A stretch of 33,795 nucleotides of DNA from Peribolospora baueri (taxonomy: Eukaryota), in contig JAMDHS010000135.1 in the NCBI GenBank assembly GCA_029717555.1, positions 1 to 33,795 on the forward strand. The letters are read 5' to 3'. Shown piece after piece: positions 1 to 12,272 of the stretch (the first letter of the stretch is position 1; each line of letters opens with the position of its first letter). The notes beneath the pieces were generated by a model. That model worked only from the letters and a program-made list of their open reading frames with translations, was not told the DNA's origin and searched no databases. The position numbers were made by a program, and so were the translations under genes.

Positions 1-903
1 GCCGGTGCTGATGGGTGACGTTCGAAGCAACTTTGAGCTGGGACGCTGGAACGGCCGAGGCCGCCAGACTGGGAGAAGGGGCATTGGCGGAAGGCGCTTC
101 GAGTAGGGTGCCACGTGATGGCGCGGACTCCCCCAAGACACTCAGTAGATATGCGACAGGTGTGTAGCCAAATCAGCTCTTGACGGTCCAAGAATGCCAA
201 AGACTCAGAGGCGTTGGGGTGGGAGCAGACGCGGGTTCTGATGGAGTGGGCGGCATGGAGTGAAGGTTATGGCAAAACAGGATGAGAAAAGAGAAGGCCT
301 GCCAGTAATGATTACGAAAAAGCAGGGAGAGGAGAAGGCTGTGGATTGGATTGGATTGGATTGAAGATGGAGGAAGAACGGGTGGGGAACGGACCCCTCT
401 TTATAACTTTCTCCCCAGGGCTGGGCCCGGCCAAGCTCTTTCGTCCATGACGAGGACCTTGGTTGTTGATGTGAATGAAACAATGTCCGTCGCCGAATGC
501 GAATGAGACGATGTCCCGCCTTCGGGTGAAGGTTGCAAAGACAAGACAAGGTCGCTGTACAGAAGGAGCAAAGGAAGGGACAACGAAAGGAGGAAGTGCG
601 CGTGCGCGCAAGACGCGGTCGCTGTACCGAAGGAGCGACTGAAGGTGGTTGCTGCCCATACGGTCTAGTCATGATCGGTCGAGACGAGGGACGGAACCGG
701 CCGTCTGGTCCTCTCGATTCGTTCGCTGAGGACAGTACATACCTGTCGTACACTGTACGGTACTCGCTCCTGTGCTTGGCGGGTCGGCCGACCTGCCTGC
801 AGTTTGTAGTTGGGCGAGGTGGACGTCCGGAACGGGTGACCGACGTCGACGCGATAAGATCGACAGCCGCTCCCGATCAGACCGCTTCCCACCACCATTC
901 GCT

Positions 904-2111
904 ATGCCCGCTGACGACCCTACCACCGTAGTGAGGGTCACCACTACCTACCTCATCGTCCGCCATGGCGAGACAGATGAGAACGTTCAGCGTGAGTCGT
1001 CCGCGTGAGCTTGAGACGTTCATATGATATGGCAGAGGGGAAGTGCTTCCGCTCACCTTCCACCACTCATCCTCGCCTTCCGAATATCCTTCCTCCCAAA
1101 GGCATAATACAAGGCCAACTAGACACCCAGCTCAACGACCACGGTCGTGCCCAGGCTCGAGCTGTGGGCGAGGCGCTGCGCGGCATGCCAATTGACGAGG
1201 CGTGGACGAGCGATTTGCGCAGGGCCAGAGATGTACGGTCAGGTCCTTACTCTTCCTTCTCCTTGCCTAGACGCATTTCGTTGTCCAACCCCCCTCCGTC
1301 CTTTTTAACGCGAATCTGACGGAATGATTCACTTCCTCTTCTTCCTCTCGCGCCTTCTTCGCCTGTCACCCAGACCGCAGAGGCCATTATGGCCCACCAT
1401 CCAGGGGCGCATCTGCACGTTGAACCCCGGCTGCGAGAAAGGCGCATGGGTTCGTTGGAAGGCAAGACGTTCAGTCCCAGAAGGGACGATGTGAAGGGCA
1501 TCGAGTCGATGAAAGAGTGAGTGAGGACAGGCGGCAATGGACAGTATAGCCGCCACGGCGACCAGGCTGACCAAGTGGATTCGCCCTTGTACGACCTCGG
1601 TTCCTCTCTTCCGCTCCGCTCGACGTCGCAAAGACTTGTCCGTCGCCTGCAAGACTTCTACGACACTGTCTCCCGCCATCACCTCTCCTCTTCCACGCCA
1701 CTAAAGGATCGCACTTTCCTCTTCGTTTCCCACGGCGCTACGATCAAGACGTTTGTGCTCTTCGTGCTCGCCAACCACCCTTCCTTCACTCCCAGAGGCG
1801 GCATGAAGCTCGCCCCTGGCAGTGGGCTCGATGACGGGCGAGAGCTGGCCCTGACGAATGCGGGCATTACCGAAGTGAGAGTCGTGGAAGATGTGCCAGT
1901 CCCTTCCCGTGACGGTGACGATGCAGATGGGCCGAGGCCGAGGGGCGGAGGGACGGACGGTGGGAAGCAAGGCATCGCGCCGTCCCGGGAGCCGAAGAGC
2001 AAGGTGGTAGAAGCGACGCTCGTTCGATGGTCCGACCACCGACATACGCGGTTGGACCCTCGCAGTATTGACAACGTCGACGAGAAAGTGTCCAACTCGG
2101 CCACCATCTAA
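904..2111 (+). CDS. Histidine phosphatase superfamily (phosphoglycerate mutase-like) protein, 4 exons
   Basis: ATG 904. Motifs LIVRHGETDEN (RHG), GQLDTQLN, WTSDLRRARDTA, PRLRERRMGSLEG and VSHGATI join across GT-AG introns 992-1101, 1233-1373 and 1517-1633; TAA 2109-2111. Confidence 0.9.
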
Positions 2112-2406
2112 ATTCACTTCACGAGGCGATGCGAGGCATACCGACTTCTGAGGCTCCGCGAACGAGAGTACCCAAATTAAGCCACTTGATCCCTTTGTGT
2201 CATCGAAGTACCCGACCTTTATTAGACAGGAAGGATTGTTCGAACGGCGGTTTGCGGCCGCTTTGAGGGGATGGATGGACGGCGTCGGACGGCCGGCCGA
2301 CCGCCCGCCCTTGTATTCTTTGTAGATCTTCTGCACTCATGTTTATTACTGCCTGGCCTCGTGACCTTTCAACACCCGTTGGAACCTTGTGGCCGTCGCA
2401 GCCTTT

Positions 2407-2425
2407 CCCCCCCCCCCCCCCCCCC
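2407..2425 (+). repeat. Poly-C homopolymer (C19)
   Basis: Directly visible run of 19 C. Confidence 0.95.
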
Positions 2426-3054
2426 AAAAACCCCATCCCGCTTGTCCTTGGTTCACCCCATGCAGATGCGGACCATTACGTCCGGTGGGATGGCGAACGG
2501 CATGAAGTAGCCCAAGTACATGCGGTACGTGCCAGCGAACGCCCTGCGTCTACCCAGCTCCTCTGGGAGCAGCGAGCTCAGAAGCCGTGGCTGAGCAAGA
2601 TGAAGTTGGCGGCGCCGAGGCAAAGGTGCCCTTGGACACAATCCAGACAGGGCGAGCGGAGGTGACCTTGGACGCGATTCAGCTCGAAGGACTGAACGAC
2701 GAGGGGCGGAAGCCTGTGTGCAACACTGTAGAGCTGAGGTCCTTCAACCCTTTTCAGCTGCGTGAAAATGAAGCGGCGGGGAACGCATATCACCGGGCTC
2801 GCTGGAAACACATGCAGGCGCTGGAGTCGATCGTGATGATTCTACAACCATTATTATTAAACCATGAGAAAAAATGCCACGGACAATACCCCGGGGGCGG
2901 GGGGAGGGAGGGGTAGGCGAGGATGTGAGGAAAACAGGGGCGCAGGCAAAGTCAGTTGGTAAACCTCGAGAGAAACCAAGACGAGATGGACAAAGTGATC
3001 AAGAAAGAAAGCACGATGAATTCTACGTGTCCCTGGCGAAACGAATCGCTGGCT

Positions 3055-4767
3055 CTACTGTGAGATGAAAGTAGCTTCGTTGAAAAGGACGCCCTGGACG
3101 GTGAGCTTCTTGGCACCATCGGGAGTGGGCTCCGCCTCGTTCTTCTCATCCGTCCACGACGCCGGCAAGTGCACCGTCATTGTCGCCGGGTTGAGCCACT
3201 GTAGAACGGACGCAAGCGGCGACCGAGCGAGCGAGGAGACGGATGGTCATGATCGATCAGCGAACAGGGCCAAAGGGTAAAGGGAGAAAGAAAGAAGCGG
3301 GGGAAGAGAAGCGACGGAAGGCCAACCGGCTCACCTGGTAGATGTACGGCTTGGTGCCGGCGACGTAGTTGACCACCTTCTTGACGACGTAAGGAATCTC
3401 AGCAAGCACGTCCACCTTGTCGACCAGTCCTTTGCTCTCAGTCGACGGGAACTGCTTGCCGACATCGACCTGCAGCTCCGCTTTGACATTCTCTCCCTCG
3501 ACGATGGAGGAGGTGGCCGAGAGGAAGGGGCCCTGCCAGAGGTAGCTGATCGTGCCGGGAGCAGAGTAGCCCGTATCCTCGTCCTTGTTCTTCATCCCAT
3601 GCTCCACCGAGCTGCTCGAACCATCCACGGCGACATCGGCGTCGCCGGTGCCGGAGGAACCGAGCGTCTTCGTGCTAGCGGTGACGGCCACCAACCTACC
3701 ACCCACCACGACGCTCCCCACGTTCACCGTCGTCCTACCGCCAGACGGAGCCTTGTTGGAATAGGAGTCGGTGGTGGTGAACTCCATCATGATGCCGCTC
3801 ACGCCTCCATACTGGTCCGACTGAAAGTTGGCAAAGTTCCAGCTGGCGGCGACGAGGTTGGGCCGCATGCCCTGGATGGCGTGCACGAACATGCCTTGAC
3901 CTTTGGCATCGATGGCGGCACCCTTGTAGATGATGTGGCCGGAGGAGATGGCACGAGGCCAAAAGCGGTGGATCACGTAGCCCTCGTCCGATCCTCCTTG
4001 CTCCTCTCCCACTCCGAAGTACGAGAATCCTCCCTTGGGACCCTTGCCCAGCTTCCAGCCCTGTACAGAAGCGGGACGAGTCCAATACAGGGAAAGCTGC
4101 AGTTCGCTGTCCAGGTTGGCCGAGATGTTGTACGTCTCACTTCCGTCCGAGCCCGGCTCGAGAAGGATGGAGAATTGGTCTGCTTTTGCAGAACGCTTGT
4201 CGTATGTCTTTCCACCCGAGGAAGGCGGAGGCGTGGTGAACTTGGACACGTTCACCGACTTCCACACCCTTTGCTTCGTGATCGGGTTGTAGTACTTGAA
4301 CGTGATCTGTATCTGAGGGTACCAGAGGCTGTGGTGGGAGAAGCAGAAAGCGAGTATGAGCGTCCCTTCCGTCGGATCTGTACAGCTAAGCAGTGTTGAA
4401 ACGAAGGTGGACGGGAAGAGACGAGACGACGAAGAAAGACGCACCCCACTGAAGAGTGGATGATCTGGACGGTAGCGAAAGCGCCGTCCTCGAGCACGGT
4501 GTACCAGGTCTGCGTCTCAGTGGCGAACCCTCCATCGCAAGTCCATTGGGTATCTTTGGCTTCAAGAGGGCCAAATAGATCGGCCTGGGGCGTGGACGAA
4601 ACTGGGCGGAAGTTAGCCTTCTTGACTTGGCCGCTGCCGTCGCTCGTCGGCGTTTGGGATCTGGGAGAGTGGGGACGGTGTCAGCTCAAACCGGTCGGAC
4701 CAGTGATGCCCATTCTGGGGAGTCGATGGGCGCCTCACCCGCTTATCCAATTGGAGAACAGGGACAT
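3055..4767 (-). CDS. SVF1: Svf1-like (survival factor 1) protein, 4 exons
   Basis: ATG 4767 (MSLFSNWISG), then FGPLEAKDTQWTCDGGFATETQTWY...QIIHSSVG/LWYPQIQITFKYYNP...HRFWPR...FVHAIQGMRPNLVAASWNFANFQ...MMEFTTT...VDVLAEIPYVVKKVVNYVAGTKPYIYQ/WLNPA...LFNEATFISQ*. Canonical GT-AG introns; TAG 3055-3057. Confidence 0.92.
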
Positions 4768-5449
4768 GGTGGGGCAGATGTCGAGGGTCAAGCAGAACGG
4801 AAGGCCACGCCGGTGGAGGAAAGGAGGTGAGCGACCGATCCCCTTCAGGTGCGAGCAACATCATCGTCGCATCGAGATCGGACGTACGCGGGGTTAGGTC
4901 ATTCAGTGTCATTGATAGGGTTCGCGTGTACGTCGAAGTGACATGACATGACGGTGGACGCTGAATAGAGCATGCCACTGCACAACCCAGCTAGGACTTC
5001 TGCTCTACTTCTATGCTGAGCGTGAACACCCCCGAGTCCTGGCAGTGCTGTATATTGAGATGTATCTGCAGCAACGTCGGCCTGGCGCACCATTAGGTGT
5101 CAGCTCTCTTCGATAGAAAGAGGGATGGAAGATGAAAGGGCTGAGCAGGCGCTCAGGTTAGAAGACAGCACGTCTGACAAGAGTAGCTGCTGATGTCATC
5201 AGGCCTGAGCCGTGTCAGGTTCCTCGGTGTCCCCAACCTGCCTGCCCTCATTTGCGTGCTCATACCTGGCGTACGTATCTCTCAGCAGCGAAGTAAATGA
5301 TGTTGTAGTCACGGCTCATGTTCATCACAGCTCACGTTCACGTACCGTGTGGGATGGAATGGGACATGCGATTCGAGTGGTCAGGGGAAGGATCTACGCA
5401 TGTGCTCCTCAGGAGGTGGCAATGTACACTCCACTGGGGACAAAGTGAG

Positions 5450-5450
<1 letters not shown>

Positions 5451-5492
<42 letters not shown>
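5451..5492 (+). repeat. (CT)21 microsatellite
   Basis: Directly visible dinucleotide run. Confidence 0.95.
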
Positions 5493-5495
<3 letters not shown>

Positions 5496-6290
5496 GTCTA
5501 TGATATTGCTCCAGTTTGCCAAGTCTTAACGATCAAAGAGTGGCTTGTCCAAAGGCATTCTTGGTTGTGCATTTGGGCGCTTGCTGGACCAGGGAAAGCT
5601 CTTCGGAGAACTCTCCTTCGTCGGACACAGATTTGGATGGAGCACGAGTGACGTCTTTGCAAGATGTTCTAATGAATGTGGCGCACCGAGGGATGACATC
5701 GTCAACCTATTCCCTCCTTCGGGGCGCGTGTCGGTGGCTCGTCCATAGTGTAGCCCCCGAGGTCTTTGCTATGGCCGACTTCGCGAGGGACGGGGACGAG
5801 AAAGCCAAGGATTCCTTTACGGCCGGAGACGAGTCCGGGCATGTCGCGTTCCATGGAGATGGTGTGAGCGAGAAGAGAATGCCAGAAAGTTTAACAGAGA
5901 GAAGGAGGAAGAGAGATCAATATGGTATCGGCAAGGATATAGATCAGTTCAACTCGAAGAAGTGGGCGAGACCAGCTTGGTAGATGGAATGTAGTGGCTC
6001 ACCTCTGCCGTCCTCCTGGCCCAGGTACGTGTATATCGTTCGCCACGTGCTCCACCACGTGAGCCAGCATCGAACATCAGCATCGCCCACCAGCGTCGAC
6101 CATCTCTCTCACACTTCAAGGACTCCTCGATTCATCTCATAGCTCATATCGCTCCCTCCTGCCGCACCTACTCTCCCGAAGAGGCCGGGCGGAAGGAAGC
6201 TAGGAAGGAAGGAAGACGTGGTCCTCAGCTCTTTAATTATATCTCCATCGCCGCTCTCTTCACCGCAAGTCCATTCCATAGGAGCCCACA

Positions 6291-8484
6291 ATGCTCTGCC
6301 TTCAGCGCTGTTCCGCCCGTTTGAGGGCTTCTCACAGCCCGAGGTCTTTTGGTGCACGCACCACCGTTGGCCCTCTTTGGCTTGCGTCTCCATCTGCGCC
6401 GCCTGCGCGAACTTTCAAGAGCGTCCCAAGGCCGAGCTTCCTTGTCACCGCCGGCTTCAGCAAACCGGCGGTCGCCCGGATGCCCCTCTCCACCAGGCGT
6501 CCTTTTCATTCGACACAGCCCACAAGGGCGATGTTCCCCATGTTAATCAAGCCAATACTCAAGAGCTTCCTCTCCATTCACGCTCTCCAACCGTACCTCC
6601 GCCTAAGCCTCACCCTGCTTCCTTTCACCTCCTTTTTCCGCGCCCGAACCCTCCGCTACGTAGCCGCGGCCAAGGGTGTAGATCCGGAGCAAATATTGAA
6701 TCACCCGCATATCAAGTGGAAGCAACGTATCCTGTGGGCTCTCATCCTCATCCCACCATCTCTACTAGGGCTGACTATCCTTGCCGGTCTCGAGCGGACG
6801 CCCGTCACGGGCCGGTGGAGGGTGGTGTTGGTAAGTCCGCAGGAGGAAGAGGACCTCCGGCGGCAGATGATTGCAGAAGTCTCGGCGGCCCGCTCTCAGC
6901 GGGGTTCGGGCGACGAGATCGCGGCGACGACGACATTGACGGCCTGGGAGGGGAAGGTGGCTGAAGTGTTGGGGGTCAGTCGGGAGGAGTTGATGAAGAG
7001 CGTTCTAAGGAAGGAGGATGACTGGCGCGTCGCTTGGGCGGAGGACACTCTTCATCGGCTCGAGATGGGCTCTCTTGCCCTCACTCAGTGCGATCAAACG
7101 CAGCGAAGTGTAGCTGGGCCTCTGCCTCAACCTGCTCGCAACGGCGACGACGACTTTCGCCCGCCCCCAACGGCCTATCCTCTCGTCCCTCGCTCCCGAC
7201 TGTCCAAGAGATTACACGGCTGCTTTCATCAGCTTTACGACGACCAGTCGCCCTCGCCCGTTTTGGGCGCGCCTGGTGCCGCCTATAACGCAGCCCCGTA
7301 TTCGCTTATGGTCATTGACCATCCGGAAGTGAACGCTTTCTCCCTCGGTGGCGGACTGAACACATCGGCCTCCGAAGCTGAGACTGGCGCGGGCGTCAGT
7401 CCTGGGGTTATCGTCGTCTTCTCTGGATTCCTCGATCACATCATTAGCACCACCGGCCTCGACTCATCCGCACAAGCTGCCTTGGCCGAAGCGGAGGAAC
7501 GCGAGCGACGATTCAGAGGAGCCGCGCGACGGAGTGGAGACGGAAGGCGGCGATGGGAGGGAGACATAAAATCGGGCGATAGTCATGGCGACCACGCATC
7601 AGGTCTGTTCTCCTCTATCCTTCGTAGCTTCGGCTTCGGAACAGGCGGAGCGTACGTCACCGCCTTGTCTACCCAGCACACGCTTCGACACCCGCGGGTC
7701 GGGCCTTTGTTTTACCGCTCTTCATCCGACGGTGGCCTCAGCGGAGGCGGTCCGCGCGATGATTCAGTCTCAGCCACCTCGCACCTCGCCGTGCTCCTCT
7801 CGCACGAGCTCTCCCACCTCCTCCTCTCCCACCACATCGAGACGCTCTCCGTGCGCACCTTGCTCCTCCCCTCTCTCTCCTCTATTCTCGTCGACGTCAT
7901 CCGCGTCGTTGCATGGCCTCTGAGCGCGATGGGTGGACCGTTCGTGAACGACGCGGTGGAGGCGGCAGGCAGGTCGTTACAGGAGGCGATGGGCTTGCAG
8001 GGATTCAGGCTAGGATCTGGGGGGAAGGAAGAGGAAATTTACGCTCCTCCGTCCTGTTTCGATAGGCAGCTGGAGACGGAGGCCGATCTTGTGGGATTAA
8101 GGTGAGTCGAGCGGCCGCGACCGTCGTGCTCCCGAGTCTGTCCGGCGATCAAGTCGGAGCTCGAGTTCAGTGCCACTGACCGTCCCATCCGCTTTCCCGC
8201 TCTTCTTGCCCTTTTCCACACTGTCCAGACTGCTCTATGCCGCCTCCGTAGACCCGCGCTCGGCCCTCTCCTTTTGGCGTTTGCTCAGTTCCATCTCCTC
8301 ATCAGCCATCTCCCAGGGCGACTCGGCATCGAATCAACGCGTGGCCGAGGGGCCATCAAAAGGGCTCTGCCTCCGCAACTGTCCGTTTACGAACCTCTTC
8401 GAGACGCATCCCGTTGATGAGGAGCGCTTGAAGGGAATCGAGTTAGAGCTGGGAAGGTGGAGGAGGGCAAAAAGCCAGGGTTGA
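6291..8484 (+). CDS. OMA1: Mitochondrial metalloendopeptidase OMA1-like (peptidase M48), 2 exons
   Basis: Arg/Ser-rich N-terminus resembling a mitochondrial presequence, a TM segment followed by LERTPVTGRWR, then PEVNAFS, IVVFSGFLD, zinc motif HELSH (HExxH), ETEADLVGLRLL and C-terminal ETHP..ERL. Intron 8102-8228; TGA 8482-8484. Confidence 0.85.
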
Positions 8485-9378
8485 GGATAGAGAATCGAGG
8501 GAGGTGGCGGTGACTGGTGCTCACATCAGATGGAGACTGAGGGCCGGCCCCTGATCACTGGTTAGAGCGGTCCTGCAACCTACTGGCGTGGATAAGACAG
8601 GCCGATTCATCTGCCTGTCTGCGGGCGAGACCTTTATTTCTTCTTTCTTTCCTTCCTGCCGCCACTCGTTCCCCATTTTTCCGACGAGATACGCCCCCAT
8701 TGCTGACATGTGTATCCACCTTGGCACCCTAGCCCTTCAGCGAAGGCTCCTCAGCCGTCTACTCATTTCCTTTTCTTACCCGCCCGTCCCGATGTCCTTT
8801 CATCTCGTGTTCGGTGTCTATCATCTCCGCTCATTCAGGCTCATTTCCTGTCCTCGTCGCTCCCTCCGTCTATCTATCTGTCTTCTCTACCACCTCGCTC
8901 CCATACCCTCTCTGCTGGCGGCCTTGTTTTTGCTGAGGTCCTGGTCTGATGCGTCTTCGCCCTACCGCGTCCTTCTTCGTTTCGGAGACCCCTTTTCTTT
9001 TGTTTTATATTTTTGGATTCCGTTTCCTCTTTCGACCGAGTATACTCGCTTGGGCTCGGCCACCGTCTAGGGTCGGGGTCTGTCATGTCATCCAGAGAGT
9101 CGATGCGTCCGTTAGCCTTGCTGTGTCCTTCTTGTTGGATAACATCGGGGTAAAGTCTCGCACTGTTCTCTCCTCGGCTCCTCTGCAGTAATGGGTTGCG
9201 TTCCACCGGCGGACCATCTCTTCTCCGGGCTCCCCGCCTTGGCCGCTGTCGGGAGGCGGGCGCGCGAGCTCATTATTGTTTGGGTCGTGCGTGAATCGTC
9301 CGGGCGGAGCTGCCCGTGACCGGCAGCATCCATGGCGGCCGTCCGGACGGGCTTGGTGGGCGGCTTGGCGCCTGTGGC

Positions 9379-9407
9379 TACATACAGTACATACAGTACA
9401 TACAGTA
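9379..9407 (+). repeat. (TACATACAG)3 tandem repeat upstream of MET6
   Basis: Three exact 9-mers plus TA, ~260 bp upstream of the MET6 ATG. Confidence 0.9.
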
Positions 9408-9665
9408 ATGGCGCAAAAGAAAAGGAGGACTGCGTGCTGGCGGGGGATAGGTTGTGATTGGAGGGCCCGAGCAGCTGAGCGGTCTGGCAAGAACCGGGAA
9501 TAGCATCCGTCCCGGGAAGAGAGAAGAAGAAGAAACGTGCCCCCCATAAAGCCGCCGTTTTCCTTACCCCTTCCTTCTTCCCCTCCCACCACCACCACCA
9601 CCACGTCCCCCCATCCCCTTGCCCTCTCGCTTTCCACACCCCTTGCCCACTCCCTTGCCACCACA

Positions 9666-12272
9666 ATGGTCGCCTCCGCTGTCCTCGGTTTCCCTCGCAT
9701 CGGTGAGTACAACACAGTCAATGCTAGACAGACAGGACAAGTAAAACACGCCGAGTCGCCCTCGCCGTCGTCGTCGTCGTCGTCGCCGTCGCTGACTGAC
9801 CACGCCCCCACCCCCCTCGCACCTCCTTCTCAGGCCCCAACCGTGAGGTCAAGAAGGCCGTTGAGGCCTACTGGGCCGGCAAGCAGTCCGCTGATGAGCT
9901 CCAGAAGGTCGCCAAGGCCACCCGCCTCCAGAGCTGGAACTACATCAAGAACGCCGGCGTGGACGTCGTCCCCTCCGGTGACTTCTCCCTTTACGACCAC
10001 GTCCTCGACGCCAGCAACACCTTCAACATCATCCCCTCTGCGTACGCCAAGGAGAACCTCTCCGCCCTTGACACCTACTTCGCCCAGGGCCGTGGTCGCC
10101 AGGTCGACTCGGTCGACCTTCCCGCCCAGGAGATGAAGAAGTGGTTCGACAGGTGAGGGCAACGTTGAACGCCGCTCGTCAGACGCATTCACCCGCCTCC
10201 GACAGGCTGCTTACGTTGCTTCTCCCTTATCTCCTCCCCAGCAACTACCACTTCATCGTCCCTGAGTTCTCCGAGACCACCCAGTTCACGCTCAACAACA
10301 CCAAGCAGGTCGACGAGTTCCTCGAGGCCAAGGCCGCTGGCATCCACACCCGCCCCGTCATCGTCGGTCCCGTCACCCTGCTCGCGCTCGGCAAGGTGTC
10401 CAAGGACTCGAAGCAGGAGAGCTTCGACATCATGACCCTTCTCCCCAAGCTCGTCCCCGTCTACGCCGAGCTCTTCTCCAAGCTCGCCGCCGCTGGCGCT
10501 GACTGGATCCAGGTTGACGAGCCCGTCCTCGTCCTCGACAAGGCCGTCGGTCTGGCCGACCAGTTCAAGGCCGCTTACGAGGCCTTCGCCAGCCAGGTTC
10601 CTGGCCTCAAGATCATGCTCACCACCTACTTCAGCCGCCTTGACTCGAACCTCAACTTTGTCAAGGACCTCCCCGTTGCCGGCGTCCACGTCGACCTCGA
10701 CCGCGCGCCCGAGCAGCTCGACGCCGTCCTTGCCGCCTTCCAGGGCAAGAAGACCGTCGTCTCCCTCGGTCTCGTCTCCGGCCGTAACGTGTGGAAGGCC
10801 GACCTGGCCTCGGCCATCGCCCTCGCCGACAAGGCCACCAAGGCGCTCGGTGCGGACCGCGTCGTCGTCGCCACCTCTTCCTCCCTTCTCCACACGCCCA
10901 TCGACCTCGAGAACGAGACCAAGCTCAAGCCCGAGGTGAAGGACTGGCTCTCGTTCGCCGTCCAGAAGGCCAAGGAGGTCTCCGTCATCGCCAAGGCCCT
11001 CACCGACCGCGCGTCCGTTGCCTCCGAGCTCGAGACCAACGCTCGCTCGATCAAGGCCCGCCGCGAGTTCGAGACGACCTCGGACTCGGCCGTGCGTGAC
11101 CGCATCAAGGCCATCACGCCCGCCCAGCTCCAGCGCGCCTCCCCCTTCGCCAAGCGTGCGGAGGCGCAGAAGGCCAAGTACGGCTTCCCCAAGTTCCCCA
11201 CGACTACCATCGGCTCCTTCCCCCAGACCAAGGAGATCCGCGTGCAGAGGCAGAAGTTCAACAAGAAGGAGATCTCCCAGGAGGAGTACGAGAGCTTCCT
11301 CGAGAAGGAGATCGAGACCGTCGTTCGCTTCCAGGAGAAGATTGGCCTCGACGTTCTCGTCCACGGTGAGCCTGAGCGCTCGGACATGGTCGCCTACTTC
11401 GGCGAGCAGCTCCAGGGCTTTGCTTTCACCGAGAACGGATGGGTGCAGTCCTACGGCTCCCGCTACGTTCGCCCTCCCATCGTCGTCTCCGACGTTAGCC
11501 GCCCGGCGCCCATGACCGTCAGGTGGAGCAAGTATGCGCAGAGCATCACTCAGAAGCCCATGAAGGGTATGCTCACTGGCGGTGTGACGATCCTCAACTG
11601 GTCGTTCCCGCGTGTCGACGTCCCTCGCGAGATCCAGGCCAAGCAGATCGCCCTCGCTCTCCGTGACGAGATCAAGGACCTCGAGACCGCCGGCGTGACC
11701 GTCATCCAGGTCGACGAGCCCGCCCTTCGTGAGGGTCTTCCGCTTCGTCAGGCTGACCAGGCCGCTTACCTCAACTGGGCTGTGGATGTCTTCAAGCTCG
11801 CCACCAGCGGCATCGAGGACAGCACCCATATCTCCTCGCACTTCTGCTACTCCGACTTCAACGACATCATGAAGAACATCATCGACCTCGATGCCGACCA
11901 GATCACCATCGAGAACTCCAAGTCGGACGCCAAGCTGCTCAAGATCTTCACGCAGTACCAGTACCCTGCCTGGATCGGCCCCGGCAGCTTCGACATCCAC
12001 AGCCCCCGTGTTCCGCCCAAGGAGGAGTTCATCGCTCGCATCGACGCCATGTGCAAGGTGCTCCCTAGCGACTTGCTCTGGGTCAACCCCGACTGCGGTC
12101 TCAAGACGCGCTCCTGGGAGAGCGTTGAGGGTGCCCTGACGTGAGTAGTCTTCGCTTGCCTTCCCTCCCTCGTTTCTTTCTTTTCTCACTCAATCTTCAA
12201 ACCCCGTTTGTCTTCGCCTATCGCAGGAACATGGTGGCTGCCGCCCAGGAGGCGCGCGCCAAGTACGTGTAA
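9666..12272 (+). CDS. MET6: Cobalamin-independent methionine synthase (MetE/Met6), 4 exons
   Basis: MVASAVLGFPRIG/PNREVKKA...GDFSLYDHVLD...EMKKWFDSNYH...PTTTIGSFPQT...HGEPERSDMV...WVQSYGSRYVRPP...KGMLTG...IQVDEPALREGLPL...HFCYSDF...DIHSPRVP...WVNPDCGLKTR. Introns 9703-9833, 10153-10241 and 12141-12226; TAA 12270-12272; strong C-ending codon bias. Confidence 0.98.

Noticed and set aside
1..753. Short ORFs and a (TGGAT)4 run at the left edge
   Set aside because: No recognisable domain. The minus strand is pyrimidine-rich like a 5' leader or intron of a gene outside the window, so no CDS can be supported.
2586..2599. 14-nt inverted match CTTGCTCAGCCACG shared with 26236-26249
   Set aside because: A few 14-mer matches are expected by chance in 34 kb over both strands, and the similarity does not extend.
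5516..5983. 155-aa ORF between SVF1 and OMA1
   Set aside because: Non-ATG start, no motif and no clear splice structure.
6044..6062. Two CACGTG E-boxes upstream of OMA1 (others near 113 and 20143)
   Set aside because: Six-base motifs are common in GC-rich DNA; no way to support function from the sequence alone.
8588..9833. Possible riboswitch or uORF control upstream of and within MET6 intron 1
   Set aside because: No TPP or other known aptamer motif seen; the ORFs are low-complexity translations of CT-rich and (TCG)n sequence.
10189..12189. 666-aa antisense ORF over MET6 (also the antisense ORFs over SVF1, OMA1, YggS and the kinases)
   Set aside because: Shadow frames produced by strong codon bias and high GC of the real genes; no independent protein features.
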